A stretch of 64,000 nt of DNA from Malacoraja senta (lineage: Eukaryota): contig CM075992.1 in assembly GCA_038087875.1 (NCBI GenBank), positions 9,798,001-9,862,000 of the forward strand, read 5' to 3'. The translations under genes and the position numbers were made by a program. Positions 23,833-35,407 of this stretch are shown here, piece by piece; the stretch's first letter is position 1, and each line of letters opens with the position of its first letter. The notes under the pieces were generated by a model. It saw nothing but the letters and a program-made list of their open reading frames with translations. It did not search any database and was not told the origin of the DNA.

Positions 23833-25620
23833 ATTAACAAATTAATACGATCATACAACAGGTATTGATCTCCAGTCACAGGGTTTACTAATAGGTTATG
23901 ACATTTTGGAACCACCATAATTGGCTGAGTTATAATGTCCGAAATGAGAGGGAACCATGGCTGTGTAGGCCAGTCGGGCACCACCAGAACTCCTGAAGCG
24001 GAGTCCTGCTTTATTTTAGTCAAGCACCGACTGATGATGCAGAATGGGGGAAATGCATATATAAACAGTCCTCCCCAATGTAGCGCAAAAGCGTCCACCG
24101 CTACTGCCCCCGTGTCTGGTTCCTATGAAACATACTACGGCACCTGGTGATTGAGTCTGCATGCAAACAAATCAATATCTGGCATCCCATATCGAACAAC
24201 AATATTATTAAATACTTCATGATTCAACATCCATTCTGTGTTGTCATTGAATTTGCGTGATCTGGTGTCTGCCACCATGTTGAACCTGCCCGGCAAGTAA
24301 ACAGCTGAAACCCAAATGTTTCTTTTAATGCACCAATGCCAAATAAGGTTAGCCAATCTGTCACAAGATTGTGACTTGATTCCACCCATATAATTCACAT
24401 ACGCCACTGCTGTGGTGTTGTCAATCTGAATCTGAACATGTAAGTGATGCTTGGTGGTACAATAAGCCTTAAGCCCATAAAATGCTCCCAGTAACTATAA
24501 ATAATTAATTCCATGTGATTGAAGAATAAATGCCTCATGCACATTCCATCTGCCCTCACAGTTAGAGATGGTATCAGTAGCCCCCCAACCTACGGCACTA
24601 ACGTCAGTCTGTAAAACAACTGAAGGTGCTTCAATCAAAATTTTGGTGGAACAATTCGAAATGTTCCTAATCCACCATTGAATTTCAGCAATTGCTTCGA
24701 TTGCCTGCTATAATGGCCTGCATGATTCCTTAGTGCCTGTACCTTTGATCTCTGTAAGTGTTGGTAATGCAAAGGTCCATACTGTGCAGCTGGAAAGGCT
24801 GCTACCAATTTGCCAATCAAGCTGGCCACATGCCTAATTGAAGGTGATTGCTCTGCTAGGAGCTTGATACAGCCTTCAATTAAATCTAATCTCTTGCCCT
24901 TGGGTAGAGTTACAGACATGTGAGTTGAATTAATTGTGAAACCAGATAATCAATAACTTTAACCGGTATCAATTTTGATTTAGTTGGATGAATTAGAAAC
25001 CCCAGACTCTCAAACATGAGTTTAACAGCTTCAACAGATAACCCAGCTGCTTCCCGAGTTTTTCCAATTATTAAGATATCATCTAAATAAGCCATTACAA
25101 TATGACCCTGAACCCGGAGTAGCCCCAAAGCTGGTTTCAGCAGTTTTGTAAATAATCTAGGAGCTGAGGTTAACCCATTAGGCAGTGCTTTAAATTGCCA
25201 CAGCTGCCTCATCCAACTAAATTTCAAATACCTCCAATGGTCTTTATGAACAGGCACTGAGTAATATTAAGATCTATAAATGGCATATAACACCCTTTGG
25301 AAATCAATTGCTTGGCAGTGGCAAAAGTTTCCATCTTGAAATTCCTATACTGCATAAACGGATTAAGGTCCGTCAGGTCCTAAATGATCCGACTACCACC
25401 ATCTTTCTTTGGTCTGGGAAATATGTTAGATACGAATTGATGAGGTTGCCAAACCGTCTTTTCAATTACACCTTTGAGATACAATTTCTCAATTTAAGCC
25501 TGAACCTCCAAGTTCTCTGTTTGTGAGAACACAAGTGCCCTTCTGGGTGAATGTTGAGTAGGTGGACACAAATTTGCAATGAATTAAATGTTAAACCCTT
25601 GTATTGCTTGCAGTATGAAC
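23820..25620 (-). pseudogene. DIRS reverse transcriptase/RNase H/methyltransferase polyprotein remnant
   Basis: YLKFSW...LPNGLTSAPRLFTKLLKP...MAYLDDILI; TDVSAVGWG; DNTTAVAYVN; DLFACRLNHQ; YAFPPF. Confidence 0.9.
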
Positions 25621-25934
25621 AATTAGGATGTTATCCAATACCATTCTTTTAGAAACCAGTGTAACCTCCCACCAACTGGTAGGTGACTCTCACTGAACAT
25701 GTTTCTACAAGCACCAGACTGACGGGGTTCTTCACGGAATCACTCATGTGACTCTGAAGTAAAATTATCATTTGTACCGACAATGACATATTTACTTGCT
25801 GCAGCTTCGCCGGCCTGTAAAAAGCAATAGCACGCAGATAAATATACAATAATCAGAAATGCAATTAATTAATAACTATAATACCAGGTAACCACAATAG
25901 TACCAAAACCAAACTCCAGACATGAACATTTGTG

Positions 25935-26430
25935 TTGAGTTTAGTTTATTGGCACGTGTATAATCATGTGCAATATCTAATACTGACTGATCTACAACAT
26001 GTACCAAGGTACAGTGAAAATCTTTGGTAGCATGCTAGGCAATCAGCGGAAAGAAAATACATGATTACAATCGAGTCATTCACAGTGTAAAATACATGAT
26101 AAGGGGGATAAAGTTAATAACATTTAGTGCAAGATAAATTCCAGTAAAGTCCGATCAAAGATAGTCTGAGGTTAGTGTTGTCTCATGTTCAACCTAATGG
26201 TAGCTGAGAAGAACCTGGTGGTCATGGTTTTCAAGCTCCTGTACCGTCGTCCTAATGGTAGGAGTGAAATGAGAGCACGCCCATGGTGGCGTGGGTCTCT
26301 GATAATATGGGCTGCCTTTTTAAGGCAGCATCTCCTGTAGATCACTTCCATGGTGGGGAGGTCAGTGCCCGTGGTGGACCGGGCACTGGCTACCACTCTC
26401 TGTAGTCTACGTTCTTCCTGGGCATTGGAG
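25935..26430 (-). mobile_element. Rex1/Babar-like LINE 3' fragments
   Basis: LKKAAHIIRDPRHHGRALISLLPLGRRYRSLK plus 3' UTR. Confidence 0.7.
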
Positions 26431-26627
26431 TTTGCTGAAACATGGGCGTGGGATAGCTTGGTTAATATTACACCTCCTAGTGTAAGCAGGCTGCAAGCTG
26501 AGATGATTCAATAGGAAATGAGATGTGGACAATTCTTGGGCTCTGGTAATTTGTCCGGTTTATGGGGGGGGTAGGTGGAGGGATCATCAGTTGTCGGAAA
26601 GTGAACCTGTACTGCCAAACTGTAGCC

Positions 26628-26932
26628 TTTAGACTTTACTTTAGAGATACAGAACAGAAACAGGCCCTTAAGCCCACTGAGTCCGCACTGAACAGTGATC
26701 ACCCCATACACTAGCTCTCTCTCTCTCCCACACACACTAGGGACAATTTACAATTTACTGAAGCCAATTAACCTACAAATGCGTATGTCTTTGGAGTGGG
26801 AGGAGACCAGAGCTCCTGGAGAAAACCCATATGGTTACAGGGAGAATGCGCAAACTCCTTGCAGACAGCACCCATAGTCTGATGCTCTGGCGCTGTAAGG
26901 CAGCAACTCTACCGCTGTGCCACCGTGCTGCC
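26628..26932 (-). mobile_element. HE1/V-SINE-like SINE
   Basis: reverse-complement SINE motifs. Confidence 0.8.
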
Positions 26933-27234
26933 CTAGAAGACGCCTAGAGAGTTGACTTAATCTTCACTCTTTGCAGCCTGCACCTGTCAGAGAGCAATTG
27001 GATAGCAGGTCCCTGGACCTAAATCCACATTCCCACCTCACGCTAGTCTCTCACTGTGACCCAGGTCTCTGTGTGCTGGTGAATTTTGGTCACAGTGCCT
27101 TTGGCAGCCATACCGGCAACTACCCAGGCCCTAATCTCATGAATGCCTTCCTCAGACCAATCAACCCCACTCTGCTCCTTCAGGATCCTACAGGGTGGTC
27201 AAAAAGCCTTACTTTGAGAGCACTAACATGCGCA

Positions 27235-27997
27235 GGAACTACACAGTGAATGGTAGAGCACTGAGCAGTGTTGTAGAGCAGGGGGAGTTAGGGATGCAGG
27301 TACATAATTCGTTGAAAGTGGCATCACAGGGAGATAGAATGGTCAGAAAGTCTTTTGGCACATTGTCCTTCATCAGTCAGAGTATTGAGTATAAAAGTTG
27401 GGAGGTCATGATGCAGTTGTATAAGATGGTGTGGCCGCATTTTGAGTATTGTGTTCAGTTTGGGACACTGTGCAACAGGAAAGATGCCCAGGAACAAAGC
27501 TGGAAAGGGTGCTGAGAAGAGTTACGATGATGTTGCCTGGACTCGAGGTCCTGAGCTATAGGGAGATGGTGAGCAGGCTATGACTATTTCTCGGAGCACA
27601 GGAGGATGAAGGGTGATCTTATAGAGGTGTACAAGGTCATGAGAGGAATAAATCATGGGTTTAAGGCACACAGAGTCTCTTGCCCAGAAAAGGGGAATCG
27701 AGAATCAGAGGACATAGGTTTAACGTGAAGGGGGAAAGATTTAATAGGATCCTGAGGGGTAACTTTTTCATAGAAAGGGTGGTGGATGTATGGAACGAGC
27801 TGCCGTAGGAGGTAATTGGGGCAGGAACGATTACAAAATTTACAAAACATTTAGACAGGTACATGGATAGGACAGGATAAGAGGGATAAGGGCCAAAAGC
27901 AGGGAGGTGGGACTAGTGTAGATGGGACATGTTGGCGGTGTGGTCAAGTTAGGCTGAATGGCCTGTTTCCACACTCCATGACTCTATGACTCTATGA
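27235..27997 (+). mobile_element. CR1-like LINE 3' part
   Basis: PHFEYCVQF; (ACTCTATG)n tail. Confidence 0.85.
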
Positions 27998-28867
27998 TCC
28001 ACTGCTCTTTGGCTCAGACTCTTACTGGCCCTGCTAGCCCCCCCTTGTGCTGGTCAAGCTTCAGTCTAAGTTGCCTCCTGTAACAATGCACAATGTTTCA
28101 ACAGCTCAATGGTTCCTTTATTATCACTTGTACCACGGTGCAGTGAAAGTTATTTTTTACATTCAAATCAGTGAGATTATTCTCATACACAGTACAATCC
28201 TTGGTTAGGTACATAATACATTTAACAGGCTGCTGAGTCCATATGCAATTGTCGTCACGTTTTGGTGCCATTTAACAGTCACAAAGGCCTGTTGCAGCCG
28301 TCGCCAAACATTCCCGTCATCCCGTGAACCGTCGTCCCTCTGCACTCCCGGCCACCTTCAGCTTTCGTGCCCCGGGGCGCCTCTCACAGCCGACCTTGAG
28401 TGCGCGGAAAGTATGATCCCCCCGGTTCTTCCTAGTGTCCCATGTCCACCATCGATCGGTCGAGGTTGCAACACCAGGAACAAAGGAGGACCCGGCAAGG
28501 GGGGAGGGGAATGGGGGAGGGAGGGGGAGAACAAAGGGGGACCTGGTGTGGGATACATTGTAACTTTGTCAGTGCCCCTTATGTGGTGACTATTTGCATA
28601 CCTTGGCTACGCAAGCAAAGAATTTCGCTGTGACTTGTCACATGTGAGAATAAAATATTCAATTCAATTTAACTCAATCCACTACCATCGCCAACTCCAT
28701 CCACCTCCACTCCAGTTCTCGGTCTACGGGGACGAGCAGGGGCCGGGCTCGGCAGCTTCCCTCTCCCGGTTCCGCGGCGGGCTCACCGGGCCTGCAGCCG
28801 TGGTCTGGCCGCGGGTCACCGGGACCTTCTGCTCATGCATTCTACCCCATAAGCCAACAGTCCATGT

Positions 28868-29260
28868 GGTAGGAGCAGAATTAGGCCATTTGGCCATCAA
28901 GTCTATACCACCATTCAACCATGACTGATCTATCTCTTGCTCCTAACACCATTCTACTGCCTTCTTCCCATAACCTCTGACACCTATGCTAATCAAGAAT
29001 CTATCTCCACCTTAAAAATATCCATTGACTTGGCCTCCACAACCTTCTGTGGCAATGAATTCCACAGATTCACCACCCTCTGACTAAATAAATTCCTCCT
29101 CATCTCCTTTCTAAAGGTACGTCCTTTTATCCTGAGGCTGTGGCCTCTGGTCCTAGACTCTCCCACTAGTGGAAACATCCTCTCCACATCGACTCTATCC
29201 ATGCCTTTCACTATTCGGTAAGTTTCAATGAGATACCCCCTCATCCTTCTAAACTCTAAG
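28868..29260 (-). mobile_element. CR1-like LINE 3' part
   Basis: LEFRRMRGYLIETY...VNLWNSLP. Confidence 0.85.
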
Positions 29261-29972
29261 CAGTGGGTGAGGCGCAAGGCAATGGGGTGCTGCTGTACAG
29301 CCTTGCAAACATCTTCACCCTTTACTGAACAGCGAGGATGTGGGATGATTGGAGAGATGGGGACGGGAGGACTGGTGGGGTCAGAGGGCTGAAGGGGTGC
29401 AGTACTATGGTCTGGGTGGGATATCTAAAGTGGAGGACGTAAGTAGAGTGTAAACCAAAGTGTTGTCCCGATCTTCCAACCTACTTCATCGTGGACTTTG
29501 GACTTCTTCTTTGCAACTGTAATGCTGTAACACTACATTCTGCATCTGGTATTTTTCTCTTCACACTATCCGTGGTATTTGTGTATGGCTCAATGGTATT
29601 CACATATAGTATAATTTGACTGGAGAGCACTAAAACAAAGCTCTTCGGTATATCTTGGCACATGTGAGAATAATAAATGTGACAACAATAACACGTAATG
29701 GAATAGCAATCGCACCTATGCAGTGTTCCCTGCTTGGCTTGGAACCAGCACACTGAGCATCGCTGCTGCCTTTCATTTGTTCTTTTGCATACCTCTCATT
29801 GATTTGTTCTTTGTACCTCTTCATATCTCTAGTTTGCATTTCCCCTGACTCTCAGTCTGAAGAAGGATCTCGACCTATTCCTTCTCTCCAGAGATGCCGC
29901 CTTTCCTGTTGAGTTACTCCATCATTTTGTGTCTCTTCGGTGCTCTTCAGCATCTGCAGTTCATTCGTTAGA

Positions 29973-30872
29973 TCATAAGTTCATAAGTTGTAGCAGCAGA
30001 ATTAGGCCATTTGGCCCATCAAGTTTAATTCAATCATGGCTGATCTATCTCTCCCTTTAAACCCCATTCTCCTGCTTTCTCCTCACAACCCCTGACACCT
30101 GTACTAATCAAGAATCTATCAATCTATCACCTTAAAAAATATCCATTGACGGCCTCCACAGCCTTCTGTGACAATGAATTCCACAGATTCACCACCCTAT
30201 GAATAAAGAAATTCCTCCTCATCTCCTTTCTAAAGGCACGTCCTTTTTATTCTGAGGCTAAGGGCTCTGGTCCAAGACTCTCCCAGTAGTGGAAACATCC
30301 TCTCCACGTCCACTTTATCCAAGCCTTTCACTATTTGGTAAGTTTCAATGAGGTCCCCCCCTCATTCTTCTAAACTCCAGTGAGTGCAGGCCCAGTGCTG
30401 TCAAACGCTCATCATATGTTATCCCAATCATCGCCGAGGTCATTCTTGTAAACCTCCTCTGGACCCTCTCCATAGCCAGCACATCCTTCCTCAGACACGG
30501 GGCCCAAAACTGCTCAAAATGCTCCAATTTTGGTCTGACCAGTGCCTTGTATACTGTAAAGCCCCAGCATTACATCCCTGTTTTTATATTCTAGTCCTCT
30601 TGAAATAAATGCTAGCATTGGGTTTGCTTTCTTTACTACCGATTCAACTTACAGCTTAACCTTTTGGGAATCCTGCACCAGCCCTCCCAAGTTTGTTAGC
30701 ACCTCCGATTTCTGGATTCTCTCCCCATTTAGAATATAGTCTACACCTTTATTCCTACTACCAAAATGCATGACTCCACACTTTGCTACACTGTATTCCA
30801 TCTGCCACTTCTCTGGCCCCTCTCCCAACCTGTCCAAGTCCTTCTGCAGAGTCCCTGCTTTCTCTACACTGC
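29973..30872 (-). mobile_element. CR1-like LINE 3' part
   Basis: LQKDLDRLGE...KCGVMHFG; MERVQRRFTRM. Confidence 0.85.
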
Positions 30873-31239
30873 CTGCCCTTCGACCTATTGTCCCAAGAGC
30901 ATGCAATGGCAGGAATGCTTTGGAATGGGTTGAGCTGAACACCCGCTGGAGGTGCAAGGGGAGGGGAATGACATCATTCCATGCATGGTCGATGTGGACA
31001 TCTCATCATCCGCACCAACCACAATCCACAGAGGTAGAGTTTCAACATTGGCACGGCTCAGCCTGGGAATTATTGCAATAATATTCTGCTCGAGGAAGCA
31101 AATGATTTGTGGGTTTGTAAGCCATTTGGGAAGAACGTCGGTACAATTCCAGTTTTCTTTCTGATGTCAGTTCTGGGCCAGTTGATAATCACTCAGAACC
31201 TTTGCATAATAACAGCTTCCTTTCTCAGCTGCTTCAACG

Positions 31240-31540
31240 TGGCGGCAAGGCGGAACAGCGGTAGAGTTGTTGCCTTGCAGCGCCAGAGACCCAGGTTCGA
31301 TCCCGACTGCAGATGCTGTCTGTACAGAGTTTGTATGCTCTCCCCATGAACTGTGTGGGTTTTCTCCGAGACCTTCGGTTTCCTACCACACTCCAAAGAC
31401 GTACAGGTTTGTATGTTAATTGGATTAGTATAAAATGGAAAAATTGTCCCTAGTGTGTGTTAATGTGCAGTATTCACTGGTCGGCACAGACTCGGTGGGT
31501 CAAAGGACTTGTTTCCGCGCTGTAGCTCTAAACTAAACTG
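31240..31540 (+). mobile_element. HE1/V-SINE-like SINE
   Basis: head, B box, core, tail. Confidence 0.8.
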
Positions 31541-31599
31541 CGGGAATATTATAAAGCTGAGAGAGCTGTAAATTCCCTCTCTTTATATACTGCGCAAGG

Positions 31600-32000
31600 T
31601 TGTGTAGGCTGGGACTCTATTCCTTGGAGCGCAGGAGGATGAGGGGTGATCTTATAGAGGTGTATAACATCATGAGATGTATAGATCGGGTAGATGCACA
31701 GAGTCTTGTCCAGAGTAGGTGAATCGAGGACCAGGTGACATCGGTTTAAGGTGAAGGGGAAAAGATTTAATAGGAATCTGAATGGTTACTTTTTCACACA
31801 AAAGGTGGTGGGTGTATGGAACGAGCTGTCAGAGGAGGTAGTTGAGGCTGGGACTATCCCAATGTTTAAGAAACAGTTAGGTACATGGATAGGATAGGTT
31901 TGGAGGGATATGGACTAAATGCTGGCAGGTAGGACTAGTGTAGCTGGGACATGTTGGCTGGTGTGGGCAAGTTCGGTCGAAGGGTCTGTTTCCACACTGA
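31600..32000 (+). mobile_element. CR1-like LINE 3' end
   Basis: RRRMRGDLIEVY; 3' UTR. Confidence 0.8.
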
Positions 32001-32754
32001 CTTAAAAAACGTTTTTTCGAGATCACTTTCCATATGGCTTCAATTTCAGTTCAAAATGGTTTTCCAAAGCTTGCCTTCATATCTGGGAAAGGAGCCTCCT
32101 TTTCTAATGCGTCATGGGGGATTCACTTGAGTCGATGAGCCAACTGAGACAACCTTACACATGGGCCTGCAAAAGCCGACACTAGATCTTGCCAACATTA
32201 CTGGAATGTTGCATTTCCATTTGTGTGTTCAACTGGAAAAATGATACCGAACTAACATTTATAAACACACACACTGCAAATTATGATCTAACCTCTCAAC
32301 TCTATCCTCATTAATCAAAAAGACATTGTAAATTGAAAAGTCGTCTTTCCAACCCTGGGACATAAGCACGTGCTTGTGTTGAGTGGCTTCCATGCTCCAC
32401 ACATTTATTTTATACAGTATATACACGCTCTTGTTTGTTAAAACCCACAGGGTGACGTAACAGGACTCTGGTTAGTGTAAACAGTGTTCAATTTGATGTA
32501 ATGTCTTTCACCCCATGTTCATTTGGAACCACTTAAAAGAAGGTCCTGTGTATAACACTTAGCTTTGCCATAACACTTGGAATGAGTTCTGGCAACAAAA
32601 CTGACTCTAGGTACTCCGATTAGCCCACATCCTGTTAACTTTCTTGCAGGAAGGCACTGGTTCCCCAATGATCTGGAAGTAAAGGTGCCTTCTGGTCAAG
32701 GATCTGTATTTATCACTGGCTTTCATCTTAAAACTGCATTCATCAGAATCCTTC

Positions 32755-33165
32755 AGCCTCTTTCTGTTCTTTGCTCCTCTCTCCATTCTCTCTCTGTCTC
32801 CATTCCATCTTTCTTCACACGCTCCCCTTCCCCACACTCTCCCTCAATCTCTCCCCAACTCGCTTTCCACGTTCTTTCCATCTGAACACTCACTCCACAT
32901 ATTCTCCCTCTCCGCACATTCTCTCTATCCACACACTCTCTGGTCACTTCTTTCCATGCTCTCTCTCCACATTTTCCTTCTTTCTCATCTCTCCCTCTCA
33001 CTCACACTCTCCCTCGCTCTCCCTCTCTCCCATTCTCTCTCATTCCCTCCCTCCCTCTCTCCCATTCCCTCTTCTCTCTCTCCATCTCTCTCCTTCTCTC
33101 TCTCTCTCTCTCCCTCTCTCCCTCCCTCTCTCTCTCTCTCCCTCTCTCCCTCCCTCTCTCACTTT
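32755..33165. repeat. Polypyrimidine/(CT)n low-complexity tract
   Basis: seen directly. Confidence 0.9.
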
Positions 33166-34231
33166 CTGCCATGTTATAAATAGAATGTTACTTGTAATGG
33201 AAAGGCCTCAGTTTGTTCCACTGGAATATTCCCGTGGATAATATGAATTTCTTGGATGGATGTAATTGATGAGGGATGGTATACTCTCACATCTCCTGCT
33301 TAGTGTTGCTCCACAGTCTGCTGTGGTGCTGAATACTTTTATTTTGACTCATACCTACTGTATGCCAAGGCAAAGACTGATTGTGTAAACCAAACAGATC
33401 CAGCCATAAAGTGAGGCATAGAAATTAAAAGAGTCCCTAATGTAGAGGTTTGGGGGGGAAAGAGAGTTCTCATTTTTATGTAACAAGTTGGTCGGAATTA
33501 TTTTTTGTACCCATGAGGTGAAGCTATTTTCATATGTTCATGAGTCATGGCGGTAGAATTAGGCCATTCGGCCCACCGGGTCTACTCCGCCATTCATTTT
33601 TATTCTGAGGCTGTGCCCTCTGGTCCTAGACTCTCCCACTATATATTTTAATATCATTTTCCTTTTGAAATCCTTTGTCTGTGGATTATGTGTATCGACC
33701 TGTTGGTTTCTAAGATAAAATGAATGTCCACTGCTGTCTTATATAACAGAGTAACTGAGGTACTGGCCTTTGCATTTACCCTAGTCAGGAATGATCTTTA
33801 CAGATGGTTGAATGTTGAGAGAGTCTGGTGATTCCTCGAGTGTACAGGCACAACCACTATCCACTATGTCTATCTCTAAGGTCTATCTATTTCTTATGAG
33901 GATGTCACCAGGACTTGAGGCCCTGAGCTATAGGGAAAGGTTGGGCAGGCTGAATCTTAATTCCTATGCCAGGCTTTGTCCAACCCCTGTTAATCCTGGC
34001 CAAATTGGAGAGGCTAGGACATCAAAATGGGGTAAAAGCTTCAGGGCTGCTGGGACATTTGGTCAATTTGGAATTGCTGTCTGCAGAGCTGGGACAAGCT
34101 GCGGAGTGGTGCCAGTGTGTCTAGAGCCTAGATACAATTTGCAAGAAAAGAATAAGAACATCTGTAGACACTGTCAATTAGGTGAAAAACACATAGAATG
34201 GATTGGATGGCTGCAAACCAGACATACACCT

Positions 34232-35388
34232 TGTAAATAATTGTAAATAATGTTGCAGAGTTTAACTTTGCCGAGTGTTGATTGGATGAGGTATTGAGCC
34301 TTGTCTGGGTTTCCTGCAGATCAGGGTAAATGTTTCTAAGTTGGCTTCCTTGATAAGTACGGTTTGAATACAATGTATTGAACTGCTGTATTATTGGGTT
34401 AGGGAAATGTCTGTTATGTATGGGGTTAATTGATATCTGTAATTGGATTATTAAAGGCTCTGTCTTACCTGTTTGCGGTCATCGGCGGTGAAGCGCGGCG
34501 TCGCCGGTAGCGAGGACCGCTCGGCAACGGCGAGAGCGTCGAGCCTATCCACCGGAGCGCCGCACGGATGGTGCGCGGGGGCCGAGTTAATTCAAACACG
34601 GCGGGTCCCACGTGCTTGCGGTAAGTAAAAAAAGGGCGGGCCGACTGCGATGACGTCGGCCCGCCGCACGTGACTCACCAGCGGCGGCCGTGCCGGCGGC
34701 CATCCTGATCGCGGCGCTGTAGCGGTGGCTGTGCCTGCGGCTGTGCAGCACACGTGCCTCACTGGCGGAGGCGCGTGCCTCACTGGCGGAGGCACGTGCG
34801 TCACTGGCGGAGGCTGTGGCAGTGGAGGTTTGACGCACGGTGCTCGAGCCACACTGGCGGCGGCCCGTGCGAGCGGCCGTGCCGCACTCGTGCATCACTG
34901 GTGGAGGTTGTGCGGTGAGTATTTAGTTTTGGACATTGTCGATTTTATTTTAGCACCGCGCGGTGTTGGGAACACCGCCGCACGGCCCGGGAATTGTACT
35001 TTCTCACGAGTGCGCGGTCTATGGCGGCAGATTCCTCCCGTTTCGCCGCCATAGACCGCAGACTCGTGAGACAGGCCTTTAAGAGACCACCCCCATGTGG
35101 TTCGGCCCCTCGAGGTCCCGGGACATATAAAAGTCCACTACAACGAGGTCCAGCGTCGATCTTCTGGGGGAACGCTTGGGACTGCGTGACTTTCTGGAGT
35201 GTCTCTGTTTGAGCGAGGCCTAGAGGACTTGAACAGGCAGATACGAGGATCAAACCCACGGTGGAATAGGTACAGTAGTTGAACTGTAATGCGCTTTTGT
35301 TAAAATAAAATTTAGTTGTTTCAAGTGCTTGATTCGGTGTTTTTACTGAAACTAGACTGGGGAGAAGCTTAGAAATGAGCAATTTACA
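34232..35388 (+). repeat. 5' LTR (start position inferred)
   Basis: 7-bp terminal inverted repeat TGTAAAT/ATTTACA; TATAAAA 35126-35132; AATAAA 35303-35308; ends in CA just before the PBS. Confidence 0.7.
35126..35132 (+). promoter_or_regulatory. LTR TATA box
   Basis: TATAAAA downstream of the GC-rich U3-like region and about 175 nt upstream of AATAAA. Confidence 0.6.
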
Positions 35389-35389
35389 T

Positions 35390-35407
35390 TGGGGGCTCAT
35401 CCGGCTT
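35390..35407 (+). other. Primer-binding site, tRNA-Pro
   Basis: TGGGGGCTCATCCGGCTT versus the MLV-type PBS-Pro TGGGGGCTCGTCCGGGAT, 15/18 identical. Confidence 0.85.

Larger units (their letters stand above)
22345..25764 (-). mobile_element. DIRS1-like retrotransposon with both termini; RT, RNase H, MT and tyrosine recombinase remnants; gag region deleted
   Basis: ALPNGLTSAPRLFTK, YLDD, DLFA...AFPPF, HSTRAAS...AAGWS...FHRFY; ICR 22565-22678 complementary to both ends. Confidence 0.93.

Noticed and set aside
32650..32684. Possible exon (acceptor TTTCTTGCAG; GRHWFPNDLEVK)
   Set aside because: Donors GTAAAG and GTGCCT are weak and the peptide is unrecognised
32771..33241. Ser/Leu/Pro-rich ORF
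   Set aside because: Translation of a (CT)n tract
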